A stretch of DNA of 64,000 bases, taken from positions 6,634,001 through 6,698,000 of the forward strand of contig OX597826.1 in NCBI GenBank assembly GCA_951406725.2. Reading direction: 5' to 3'. The notes under the pieces were generated by a model. That model was given only the letters and a program-made list of their open reading frames with translations. It did not search any database and was not told where the DNA came from. The stretch is from Octopus vulgaris (lineage: Eukaryota). The translations under genes and the position numbers were made by a program. This document shows, piece after piece, positions 41,299 to 54,445 of this stretch. The stretch's first letter is position 1. Each line of letters begins with the position of its first letter.

Positions 41299-41329
<31 letters not shown>

Positions 41330-42596
41330 TATGCATGTATATTCTCCATTGATATGGTGTTTTCGTAAACACTTTGCATATAAAATAGATAAGCTGGAAA
41401 TATTAAATAGATGTGACGCGAAAGCATAGTGGAGAATTTTAGTTAAAGGCCTACCGAGACATCTAATTATTGTAACATATTAAATCTGACTGATAACTTC
41501 GTAAATTTTACATGAAGGAATTGGGTAGAATAGAGGAAAAAATAATAATAAAAAAGGCATAGCGTTTGGAGATGTTTGTAAAATTCAAAATGAGTTGAGA
41601 CAACATCTCAGATGTTGGAACTTAAGTTGATTTGGGAGAATGGGGTTAGGATACTCTGCAGTTGGTGTTAATTTCAATTTCTAGTAATTGCATTGAAAAT
41701 AAGTAGTCGTTCACCACGCCACAGATTGGATGTTATACATTAGTTTAAATTAGCGAATGTGTAAACGATTCATGTATTTCCGGCTCACAGTTTAGTTTGC
41801 AGTCTATTATAATTGACATTTATTATTGCAACAATTTTCCAGCAGTCTTTCGATCTTGCGTGTTCTTCCTTTATTCTTTCATTCTTTCGTTCTTCCTTGC
41901 TTTCCTTTGTTTTACTCTGTTTTCTTTTAAGTTTTTGTTAATTTGTCTTCCGCATACAATGTAATCCCAAAACTCTCTGCTTCTGTCACAGTTTTCTTTG
42001 TATCCTATATCCTATCAACTCTCCAACTTTCACTTGCTTACATTTTAGAATCTAACTGTATATTTAAATATCTTAATACTGCCCATACTTTATACATCTT
42101 CCTGCATATATTTCTCATCCTTTTTCGCTGCTATTTCTCACACACCATTTTCCCTTCAGCGAAGGCCAACTGTTTTATTGTTTTGATATGTTACTATAAA
42201 AACTATTAATAAAACGGGAATTTATTTTAAGGTTCAAAAGCTACCCATATTTATTTGCAGTTGTGCATGTGTGTAAGTGTGCACGCGTATTTGTGTGCCT
42301 GGGGTTATTATTTTCAAACTAATATGCGAGAAACTATAGAACATTTAAGGATGTGGGCACGCAATGCGGAAAGTAGAATCAAATTTGTTGTTAAATGTGT
42401 GTTACCTGCGAGTTAAGTGTTAGCTTGACAGCTTATTTAACCGTTTGAACATAGCGTCATGCGAAATTCTTAGCCTCAATCTGCTCGGAATTTACTCTTT
42501 GTAGTGGTTATGGGGTCAGAAATTTCCTGCTTAACCACACGCTTTCAGTCTTAGTCCCACTGTATGGCACCTTGGAGAGCTAACTGCTACTATAAT

Positions 42597-42812
42597 TTTT
42601 CTACTCTAGGCACAAGGCCCGAACTTTTGGGGGATGGGGAGAATCGATTAAATTGACCCCAGTACGTAACTGGTATTTAAATTATCGACCCCGAAATTAT
42701 GAAAAGCAAAATCGACCTCGGCGGAATTTGAACTCACAACATAACGGCACATAAAATACATATTTCTTTACTACACACAAGGGGTTAAACACAGGGAGGA
42801 CAAACCAGGACT
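42597..42812 (-). mobile_element. SINE family 1 fragment with a tail-to-body junction, inserted next to a family 2 head (~42500-42595, +)
   Basis: gaccccagtacgtaactggt...atcgacctcggcggaatttgaactc...tatttctttactacacacaaggggttaaacacag. Confidence 0.8.
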
Positions 42813-43222
42813 GATGATTAAAAGCTCCGAATAACCCGTGCATGTTTTTTTCTGTCCTGTATTTGTATCGGCTAACCGTGCGAATGTTTGGTTTTCACGT
42901 GTTACGTTCTTCTTTCATTTTTTTGTTTTGATTTTTTTATGTATACACAGCGGCGTACGTACACTTTTGGTCTCCTTTATGTAAGTACATATACATGTAT
43001 CAAAATTATTTATGACTCCTTCTCTTTCCTTTAGCCTCTTCACACTAGAATACACTTGTACAAAGAACCGCGCAGGGAACTGAACCAGAAAGTACATCGC
43101 TAGAAAGTGCCCATCTTAAAACTGCAGCCTTAACTGGGCCTATAAAATATATACATGTATAATTTAAAACCTGAGTTTTCAGTCTGTACACGTATCAAAC
43201 TACAATAGTTTGAAATATTTAA

Positions 43223-43443
43223 CCTATTAATGCATAGCGTCCAGAAAAATGGACTCAGGAAAAAATACTGTTACTTATTTCGTACGTGTGTATAGTTGGT
43301 TTGTCTGTACGAAGCGCTTGCTCACTCATAGAGCACTGGTTTAGAGGCAGACTATACGACAAGCGAACTCAATAGGTAGTTTACTTAACAAGCAATAGTA
43401 ATTTTTCCTGCGTCCATTTTGTGGGCGCCATGCATTAATCTAT
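43223..43443. mobile_element. MITE with ~45-bp imperfect TIRs, piggyBac-like
   Basis: Left TTAA|CCTATTAATGCATAGCGTCCAGAAAAATGGACTCAGGAAAAAATACT; right AGTAATTTTTCCTGCGTCCATTTTGTGGGCGCCATGCATTAAT; the right TTAA is not preserved. Confidence 0.7.
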
Positions 43444-43663
43444 GGATTCTTAGACTGTTACTGTCAATGAGTTGTGTCATCAGAAAATAGATACCAAAGA
43501 GAGTTAGAGTTCATTTTTACCTATTTTCTTTAATTGAGCAAATTTCTTTTCCATTTTTTATTACACAAACTCTATATACCTGGGAATTGAAACGCGAACA
43601 GCTATTAGTACGTACCTACAAATTTTACAGAATTCTATAAAATGTTAAAATACCAGCGTCTTA

Positions 43664-44470
43664 TCTCTCTCTATATAAACGGCAATTTGTCTGTCTGTGT
43701 GTCTGTGTGTCTGTCAGATTGTACCCTCACCCTGACCATGGCTTTCAACCGATTCTGATGAAACTTGACACACACATAGCCCAATGTCATAATTCAAAAC
43801 TAACGCAGCGAAAATTTTGAAACGTTCCCCCAGTTCTGAAAAAAAAACGATAAATTCGACATGGGTCGAGAATCTAAGCTTTTTATATGCAACACATTTT
43901 CTACAGACTGTTATGGGGACGTAACTCGACCTTTTTAACTCTCGGAACTCGTGGGGTAAGTATCCCAAAATGTATAACAATGTACAAAAACGGCAAAAAA
44001 GCGGGCAGCAATGTGAGTGACAACAACGAAAAAGTCAAAAGTGACCAAACTGAACAAACGAATGGAAAAGGTTTTTTGATGCACACGACAAAAGCGGTTT
44101 ATAATAAACCAAGAGTTTGCAAGTAGCGTCCGAGGACCCTTAGGGTACGTCAAAAATTTAAGGTAAAATGTTTGGGGTGGTAGTTATAAAGAAAGTGTAA
44201 ACAAAAAAAGGATTCGAATAACTTGCGGCTGCAGCAGCTATTAGCAGTAGTGGCGGTGTTGGGGGTAAAGTCTCGAAGGTAATTTCTTCCTGGTAGGAAT
44301 TGGTTGGGTTGAATTATCGATAGCTGTTTGACAGTTATTTGGGAGTGAAGAGAAGACATTGCAACCTACACATGCGCCTTCGTTCCCTAGAGGGAAAGGA
44401 CTAGATTGGGATTAGTCGTTGCCTACTAGGTGCTCTTACATACCCGGGCAACGCCGGGCTATGCTGCTAA
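43664..44470 (+). mobile_element. Non-autonomous Helitron
   Basis: 5' A|TCTCTCTCTATATAAACGGC; subterminal hairpin CCCGGGCAACGCCGGG (44443-44458); 3' CTAA|T. Confidence 0.85.
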
Positions 44471-44740
44471 TTAGAATTAAATGAACAGAATATGAAACTG
44501 AAAACATCACTAAACCTATCTTTTAATTGTATAAATTTAATGATCATCATTTTAATCAATGCCTGCAACATGTCTCTCTCTCTTGCTTACTCTCTCTCTC
44601 TCTCTCTCTCTGTCTCCCTTTCTTGCTTTCCCATCTTCTTACCTCTCCATCGTTTATTTCCTCGACAAATCTACTTAGTCCCCCATATAAATGCGAGCAG
44701 GAATGTAGGTACATGAATAAGCATAAATTCATTCACACAC

Positions 44741-44793
<53 letters not shown>

Positions 44794-44867
44794 AATATAA
44801 ATAGAGAGAGAGAGACGAAGAGAGTGATGGTGAGAGAGTCGGCGAGAGGAGAATGAGAGGACAGATA

Positions 44868-44909
<42 letters not shown>

Positions 44910-45489
44910 CCAATGCCATTATTAGATAAACAATTGAAGTATTTATTTTCAACTAATACGAAAGGTGTGAGCTTCTGTACTTCTCAACACTCAGATGTAA
45001 ACTCAATTTTGTATCACACACATTATGAACATATAAATTATGTGATATCCAGGGATAGGCTATGCAATGAAAAGTGTACCTTGACTAGCTGAAAACATGT
45101 GACCGAAATGCTTACTGAATTATATCAATACAGCGCAGTTCAAGAGTTGTATCACCGATTTATTTCAAACAATTATACTTTCATATCCAATATATTTTGA
45201 GCGCTTAAAATGAAAGTAACATACATACAGGCCTATATATATATATAGAACAAATTAATAAATAAAACATATGCATATATACATACATATATGTAAGTAC
45301 CTACATCTACATGTATATATACATGCATATATGTGTACAGAACACAAAAAAAAAACGTCGAAAAGAATGAGAAACGAAAACATAAACACAAAACCAAGGA
45401 ACTGGACAGTTTTCTTAAACAATGAAAAAATAGAGTACAGGACAAATAACACAAGGAAAATTCCCCTTCTTCAGTCGCCATGGTTTCAT

Positions 45490-45660
45490 CTACTCCGCAT
45501 ATACATATACAAACATACACACAGATTTAAGACAATTGGAAAACATGACAAACGACAGAAAGAACGACCCTTCATCAGTTGTTGGGTGTTTTTCCACTCT
45601 CGTATTTCGAGCATTTAACAACAATATAAGCTTTCGATAAATCAGTTGTTATATAAGGAA
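45490..45660 (-). mobile_element. Family A repeat, left arm of an inverted pair
   Basis: aaacatgacaaacgacagaaagaacgacccttcatcagttgttgg...ctctcgtattt is the reverse complement of 46605-46672. Confidence 0.7.
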
Positions 45661-45689
45661 ATACATTTTTGAGGTCATGGCTGCATTTT

Positions 45690-46125
45690 TTTTTTTTTTT
45701 TGGCTAAATTTCATTAATCTTTGTTTCGGAAAAGAATAATAGCAGACACTCAAGAAGTGAAGAGACACGCTGATTTTGTGGCTATAAAGATTGAGCAATG
45801 TGATTTAGGAATATCACGAGTTTGTAAGGAGCTAAAGACTGAAGATGGAAATGTATCACCAGTATCAAAGCAAGAAAAGCATTCTAATTGCTTCCAAATC
45901 ATCAGAACACCTGAATTTATCCAACAAGTTCAACAGAACATTGATTACAATTCCAGAGAGTCCATAAGGTCAATTGCAGAACATCTTCATGTGTCAGTTA
46001 TAAGTCTTATATGATGAGGATAGGTCAATTTGCCCGAAAACGCAAAAGAAAATCACTACAGCAGATCTAAAAGGCTCTTAAACAAACTGAAAATCCAGCA
46101 GGAGACGATTTGATTGTTTTTTCTC
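45690..46125 (+). pseudogene. Tc1/mariner-superfamily transposase N-terminal (HTH) remnant
   Basis: TQEVKRHADFVAIK...IRTPEFIQQVQQNIDYNSRESIRSIAEHLHVS then YKSYMMRIGQF..RSKRLLNKLK. Confidence 0.7.
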
Positions 46126-46149
46126 CCTTGATAACGTTTCGTGACGTAC

Positions 46150-46760
46150 TGTGCCTATTCATATTATGATATTATTGACCTCCACGTTTCCTCTTCCAGG
46201 TAAGTTTTATCTCAAGAATTCTGATTGCCATTCTATACGATCTTTTTACTCTTTTGTTTTTCTCTTTCTCTGTATCTCCCTTACTCATCCTCCCTTGCTA
46301 ACGTGGCTCCCACGAGATCATAGGCCATCTTTCTTTCTTCTCCGAAATTGTGTTTCTTTCTTTCTATCCGTTGTAGCTGGAGCAAGGAAGACGTGTTCTT
46401 GTCTGTCTCCTGTCCAAGCCTGCTTTACGCCTTCGCCACCACAACCTCGTTTAGGCGTAGCAGCACTTGCTGTTTATTTTCCCTGTTCTGTTTGTGTTAC
46501 CAGTTTTGACCCTCAGCAAAATCTCGAATTTTATTTAATTTGCTTTGCGGGAGTAACTGACTTATCGAAAGCGTATATTGTTGTTAAATGCGTATATTGT
46601 TGTTAAATACGAGAGTAGAAAAACAGCCAACAAGTGATGAAGTTTCGTTCTTTATGTCGTTTGTCATGTTTTCTAATTGGGTCTTTCGTTATTCGAAAAA
46701 ATAGTTCATATTCAATTTTCTCGTACTTTTTGGTTTATATTTTTTGTTGTACACATTTCA
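46150..46760 (+). mobile_element. Family A repeat: pyrimidine-rich segment plus right arm
   Basis: cacgagatcataggccatctt resembles cacgtgactacaggccatttc (1064-1084); arm complementary to 45490-45660. Confidence 0.6.
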
Positions 46761-46939
46761 TGTCGCCCTGTGCGCATATATGCATACATATATATACGTA
46801 TAAATGCAAATATGTACATATACTTATGTATATATGCATATATATATTATTTATTTATGACTATACATATTATTTATTTATGGATATATATATATTATTT
46901 ATATTATTATTTGATTGGACGCCACGCAAATGTGGCTAA

Positions 46940-47850
46940 CGCTTAAGGGTGGATACTACTGTAGCTCGTCGCCCGAGAAGGCTACAAGGATCCCGTTCGC
47001 CTGATGTATATAGAAGGGCAGAGAGAACAGGAGATGCAGTAGATGACATTGGTAGAAGTGCAGGTGAAGGAGTTGGTAATATGATAGGGTCCATGATGGG
47101 AGCCGGTGATGAAGTGGCGATCCATGAGTTGAGACTGAGTCTGAGAGTCATGCTCGTCACTACAGAGCCTGCGTAGACGGAGGAATTGGGAATAGGGGGT
47201 GGAAAGCCTGGTATGTTTAGGGTGGGAGTAGGAGAAGTTGAGGTATGAGTGTGAATCTGTGTATTTGTTGTGTATAAAAGTGGTGAGAGTGGAGTGATGA
47301 GTGCTGGCCGAAATGTCATGAAAGGAGACACAGGTGTTAGAGATATTGCAGGAGAAGTGGGGGGCAGGATGGAAAGATTTGACAGAAAGGAAGGCGTCTA
47401 GTTGTTCGCAGGAGTGTAAGGTTGCCCCGATACAGTCGTCAATATAACGGCCGTATAGTTCGGGAATGGGACCAGTGAAACTTGAGAATATTTGGGCCTC
47501 ACCGTAGCCAACGAACAGGTTCGCCTAGTTGTGTTTGTGGATTTGGGGGAGGAAGTTAACTGTGTGCGTGTGAGGGTGCGGAAAATGCGGTTGGGGGAAG
47601 TGGGGGAGAGGGGAGGAAGAGATGAGGTCCTGGATAGTGGAAGACACAATCTGTTGGTAGCTGGGCGTGGGATCAGAGGGCAAATAGTAGTAGAAGGAGG
47701 TATGTTGAAGTTGGTGGAGAGCTTCCGCTTTGTAGATGACCGCGCGTCACACCACCACGGCTCCATCCTTGTCGGCCGGTTTTATGATGATGTCAGTGCG
47801 GTATCGGAGACATCAAAGGGCCGCGTGTTAGGCTGGTGAGATATTCAGAT
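46940..47850 (-). pseudogene. Internally deleted Penelope-like retroelement (RT plus GIY-YIG)
   Basis: Minus: DIIIKPADKDGAVVV, LPQIHKHN, ANLFVGY...GRYIDDCIG, TDSHSYLNFSYSHPKHTRLSTPYSQFLRLRRLCSD, NSFTCTSTNVIYCISCSLCPSIYI; stops and frameshifts present. Confidence 0.9.
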
Positions 47851-49103
47851 GATGGAGACGCCTGGAGAAGTACATAAATACGTACATGCATATACACATG
47901 TACGTATTTATATACTCATGTATGGATGCATGTATATGTGTATAGCAATCATGTGGACCAATTACAACCTCCCTAGGACCATGGTTAGCTGATTGTGTTA
48001 TGAGCATTTCTGTCTGACAGAATACTTTCACTTTCATAACTACAAATTCACATCGAACTTCCTTCTGACACACCTGGAATATTATTGCCCCCTTAACGTA
48101 TCATCATACTGTATAAAACAAAATAAGAATTGAGGCACATCAGAAGAAGTACAGTGAGAAACAAATAATAAATGTTATGCTATTTCTTGACCGTTGTAAC
48201 CAGCTTAGAACCATGAACGATGATGAAAACATTGACTGGCACATTTCAATGAGACGAAATACTATATTAGAAATAAAGCATGAGGTATTAACTTTACGGA
48301 AATGAGTCTGTTAAGGGCCAGAGACGTCAGATACGAATTTAGAAATTCTATTGTTCCAGGACAAATGCAAAAACCTAAAAAGAAAATCTCAAAAATCTTC
48401 AACAAAAGAAGACAAAACCAGTACAGGCATATGTGTGTGTGTGTATGGGTATTTGTGCGTGTCTACATATATATGCAAGGTTATATATACATATATACAT
48501 ATATATGTATACGTATATATAAATATATATCTATATGTACAATGTGTGTGTGTTTGTAAGTGTGTTTAGTGTGCAATATATTAATGTAGTGTGAAAATGT
48601 TAGGTTATGTTTAAACTTGTAGCATCGCAGATGAGAGGATCCATAGAATAATAAAAGGCGAGCAATAATAGTTTTATTGGCTGTATGTCATGCGTGTTCT
48701 GCAGTTTGTTCAACATCACGATTGATATCGGTCTTGCAAAGAATTGATTCTCAAAACGTTAACAGAAAAGCGTGTGCATGTCTGTTGGATCAAATCCAAA
48801 AACATGTCAATATAATTTGCTTATTTCTAACACACACACACACACGTACATACGCATACATACGCATATATATATATATATATATATGAGCATTTATATA
48901 GAGCGAGAGAGAGGAAGAGACTAAGATGGACAGAGGGGAATTGAGATGGGCAGAGAGAGAGAGAGACATACAGACAGACAGACAGACAGGCGTATTTCGG
49001 GTCGTGTACACGACTGAAAACTGACATGGAATGGAAAGTGTGAAAGTAGCACTTATCATGGAGACTAACAGTAATATTGACAAATGAAATGAAGATATTA
49101 GTG

Positions 49104-49384
<281 letters not shown>

Positions 49385-49516
49385 CGTGATAATATACATC
49401 CGTGTTACTTAATATGCGTACAAAACAAATGAAAATGTCTTTCATGAATTTGCACTACAACTACAGGAAACATTTTTACATCATATATATATTCGTACAT
49501 ACACGCATACACACAA

Positions 49517-49571
<55 letters not shown>

Positions 49572-49928
49572 TATACATATATATACATTGAAATATATAT
49601 ATGTATGTGTGTGTGTATGTATATATATGCATTTCTACATACAGTTAGATATGTGAGTTTATATTTCGTTTCGTATCACACAATGATTATGGTACATATA
49701 CAAATAATATACACTTTCCCGGGTAAGCAGGAATAACAGTAAAAACAAAACGAACACAACAGAAGCATACACTAAAATTCAATATTAATACATAGATATT
49801 CATAAAAATGTATTACGAAATTCGCTAGTCCTGTCCTGATCGGCAACGTTAGCTTCTAAGTAAATAAACACTATATAAGGAGTATCTAATATACTACGAT
49901 ATAACTATGTCAATATCAAACATAGTGT

Positions 49929-50008
<80 letters not shown>

Positions 50009-51879
50009 AGAAACAGACGGACAGATAGACAGACAGAGAAAGAAACACAGAGAGTAGGGATAATTGCATAGAATAAACTCAAAGGACAGGCCTATGGGAC
50101 GGTCGGCCAAGTTGTTTCGAGAAAATTTGGTTTACATGTTTGACAACTCAGCACTATCCATTATAGGGGGCGTTTTGCTCGTATATATGCATACATACAC
50201 ACACACATACACACACACATACACACATATATATATATATATATTGACTGATTTGCGCTAGTAGAGCACCTGATCGAGGTAAACATGGCAGCTTTCAGGG
50301 AGATATGGTCGCTACGTTTTATACCAACTTATATTTTAATGCCGATAACCTTCTATAGGTCTCCTAGAAATTGTAGACTTTATAGGCATTAAATTGAAGG
50401 GCTTAATGATGAAACTAATTGCAGTAGTAACCAGTTGACGATAGAGAAATATAGCCTTAATTTATTCACTTTGATTTGAAAGGTTCCAAAGCTTTTGTCT
50501 GTAAAAGCATTTGCAATATAACAACATATAATATATAATCGTTAAAAGAGTCAGGTTTCTTCTCTCACAGCAAATGTAATGAAAATAAGTGAATATACGT
50601 GCGCTGGTGTGTAGTAACCTATTTTAATCGTGGTATTCATCGAAACAAAATCGTCTATTTTTCTTTCACAGAATAACCTAAATCCTTTACTTATGCACTT
50701 GAAACCCCTGCATAATACAAATCATTAATTTGATGATTAATGATTGTCTCTAAATGAAGGAGTTTACAACTGATCCTTTTTGTCCAGAGATTATTATTTC
50801 TGTAGACAATTTCTTTGAAAGAAAAATAATTTCCCAAGTAACAAATATATGGGTCTCAATCCTCTTGCATTGCATCTTAGACGTTGTGAATTTAGACATT
50901 TTATATTAATCATAAGTCAAAAGTGAATTAGCAATATTAAACAAAGTATAATATGCTCCTATGCTACTAATGGCCACGAGAAAATTGTTGTCACATATAT
51001 GAATTTCTCGGAAAGAAAGTGATGAAAGACTGCATCTACAAGTTGACATCATCCTATTATCATGCTTTTAGTGTTATTGTATTAAATTTCAGCATTCAAG
51101 AAACGAAAGTTTCATAATTATGTCCTAAAGTAATTCGTAGGTCATACTGATAAATATTTCTAAATGTAACACATCAACAGTCAGCACTTTCATACGTAGT
51201 GTTTAGAAGTTACTAATAGATATACACTTTCCATTATTAGTCATAAAGAAATAGAATTATTTTATGGAAGCTGTAAGAGCTAAAACAGCAAAATCTCGCA
51301 TTTATAGCAGCAAATATCTTCAAACAAGAACTCTAAACCTCCACGCTGCTGGTCGAAACGGAATATTGTATAAAATACAGATAAACATTAGCCACTGGTT
51401 GATAACTGTTATATTATTTTCGATGAAGTGTTACTGAATATTTAACAGGATATTCTATGAACGAATGAGAATTGTGTGTTCTTTATTGCATTCATGTTAT
51501 TTTCATATTCAGCTGTCACTCGGCGATATGCAGTCGTTCAAGGTTATGAAACATCTCCTGAAACAGCTCGCAGCCGTCGAACTAATGACTCTACCATTTG
51601 AAAGGAACTGAATCATACGTTCGTGCTTCACTTACTAATCAGTGAAACCAACCCTCGTCAATAATAATGGCTGCCTGCGAAGTGTCTGAACGGTTCCGTG
51701 TAGTTTGAATCACCGAAAACGTCAGTAATGTAAACCTAAGTCAATAACTGTTAATTAAAAGTATTTCACCATTGTCTCATGTGGTCATTGCTTTATATGT
51801 TGTATGAACTTCAGTTTATATGACTATATATTTATCCTGGTATCTGTCCTTATATGTGAGTGCCTTTATGTTTGTAATC

Positions 51880-52330
51880 AACTGACCTTTGAACCTGGTA
51901 ATTTCCTCTCCAGTACAAGTCTGTTTGGTGAAAGACTAACCGTTCCCGCATCCATACAAGTCTTCCAACTCTATGACACAGATCCTTTCCGAGGCAAAGA
52001 TACCGCTGGTAAAGCATTTCAGAACACAAATAACTAGAATAGATAGTACAACACAACCATCATATAATCTCACAATTCTGATCTGGTAAGTCATCACTTC
52101 CCGATAAAAGAAATGCAAATTCGACTTCAGTAGGTTTTAATTCAGAACCAATACCAAAAGAACACTTAATACAAGGCGTTCTTGCCAAATTCGAAGGTCT
52201 TACAAGCAGCCAAAATGCACTTACAATGACGCTCTTACAACACAGCCAAGTCATATCAATTGTTCTTAAATGTGTGTCTATTTTTCTTAATGACCATCCT
52301 CCAAATGAAATCCAATCTTTTGCCTCTACC
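51880..52330 (-). pseudogene. Possible highly decayed GIY-YIG (Penelope-like) remnant
   Basis: Weak resemblance only: FGGWSLRKIDTHLRTI to GxTxRxLxxRxxEHxRxI; RERLVFHQTDLYWRGN to a typical PLE C-terminus. Confidence 0.25.
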
Positions 52331-53794
52331 AATTTATTGTAGAATATTGTCTAATATTCTATGCAAGTATCAAATATACTTATACGCCCGTTATAAAACG
52401 TCTATCATTTAAGCGTCATAACGTACGCATCTATCTATCTATCTACCTATCTATTTATTCTATCTGTGTATCTGTTTGTCTGTCTGTCTGTCTGCCTGGC
52501 AGTCTATATCACTCACTCGCCCTCTCTCTTCCCCTTTGTCCTTCTCTCTCATGTTGTATATTTATGTTGTTTTTTTTTAGCTTTCAAGAGTTATGATCGA
52601 GTGGGAACGTCCCCTGTTTGACCTATCTCACTAAATAAATTAAATACCCTATGCTATTTAAGAATATTTCTAAATGAAAGCTAGCATTTTGTTCTAGACC
52701 AATGCTTTCTCTTTATTCTGCAATATATCAGATTTTATATCCTATATGTGTTTTGACATGTGTGATAAATGATATTTTTTGTCATTGTTTTTTATACATA
52801 TATTATCAAGTAGGTGCCGCATAATACTCCGGAAATGGATGAATGCAACCTACATCTTCCGCTGTGTGACATCATTTTTGCTTATAAACCATTGAATATC
52901 CTTTTACGGAAATTGCAGTTGATTTTCAACATTTTTCTCACCTGCATATGGTACATATACAAATATTTTTTCCGACAGACACAAACATACACATACACAC
53001 CCACATGCAGATATATATATATATATATATAAACATATGCGGTGGGGGTGCATATATGTACATATGTAATAATACATATATATTGTGTGTATGTAAGCTT
53101 GGTTAATATACACACACGCGCACACATAAATACATAAATGTATATGTAAGTGTGTGTGTGTGTATGTGTGTGCGTCCGTATACGTAGGTATGTGTGTAGA
53201 TGAATAGTTCTGATAGTCTCCAGTCTGATTAAAGCTTATCAAGTTTTACTCCTTTCAGCAAATTGTCTATTCTCAATATTCATTTTTTTCCGAAATATTT
53301 TTTGTACACTATGACTTTTTATCAGTGTTCGCAATATTTTCATTTAGACATAAACGTTCATATGTTGTATTACATTTTTCTCCTCAAACGATTCATGTGC
53401 CATGGAGTGCTTTTAATGCAACAGGCATTATTTTTACCATTGTCTCTCATGTTTTATGCGTGCGTTCTTTAATATTATTTTTACAGAGTTCTTTCTTCTG
53501 GGGTTGGGTTCCAAAAACAGAGAAGCCAGTTTTATCTTTAAAGCTTTATTATAGAATAAATCTGAAATACTTTAAAAAATTGATCTAGGTGGCTACACAC
53601 AATACAATGTAGCGTTTCCAAAATATTCGATAATTACCCCTCTATTATGTAATGAACAAAATGAAAATTAATTCATTTAGTCTCACCTCTAAAATATTTG
53701 AAATAATCAGAGCAAATTTTAGCGTATTCTAATGAGTCGGAAGCGAATACAAAAGAAAATAAACACAATAAATAGAAAATTCAATTATAATTAT

Positions 53795-54445
53795 CTTTTC
53801 TTCTAAAAGCACAAGACCTAAAATTTAAGGAAACTGAGGTAGGCGATTGTATCGATGCCACTACTTAACCGGTAGTTATCTAATCGATGAAAGTCAAAGG
53901 CGACTTCGGTGGAGCGGAATTTGAACTCAGACCGCGAAGACAAACGAAATGGCATTATGCATATTTCCCGGCATGTTAACTATTCTGTAAGCTCGCCGCC
54001 TTTGCAATAATTGTAATGATAATAATAATTTAAAACGTCGGCGCTATAACAGCAATTTCTAGGTAGGGTGGTAGTCGATTATATCGATACAGTATTCGAC
54101 AGGTACTTATTCTCTATTTTGTCGACCCTATAAGGATTAAAAGCAAAGAGGACTTGAGCGGAATTTCAACTCAACCCGAAAAAATACTGCAATACATTTT
54201 GTCCGATGTGATAACAATTCTCCCAGTTCTGCGTCTTAATAATTTTTTCTAGGATAGGCATGAGCATTAAAATTTTGCGGGAATGGTTTAGTCGATTAAA
54301 TCTACCCCAGTAGTTGACTCTTAGTTATTTTATCAACTTGGAATTGATGAAAAGGAAAGTCGATCGGAAAGGAATTTGAAATCAGAACATAAAGCCAGAT
54401 GAAATGCCGCTAAACATTTTGTCATGCTAACAGTTCTACCACTTG
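53795..54445 (-). mobile_element. Three tandem decayed SINE family 1 copies
   Basis: Each has gcggaatttgaactc-like B-box complement, gtcgatta and tail motifs (~53795-54002, ~54030-54238, ~54245-54445). Confidence 0.8.
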
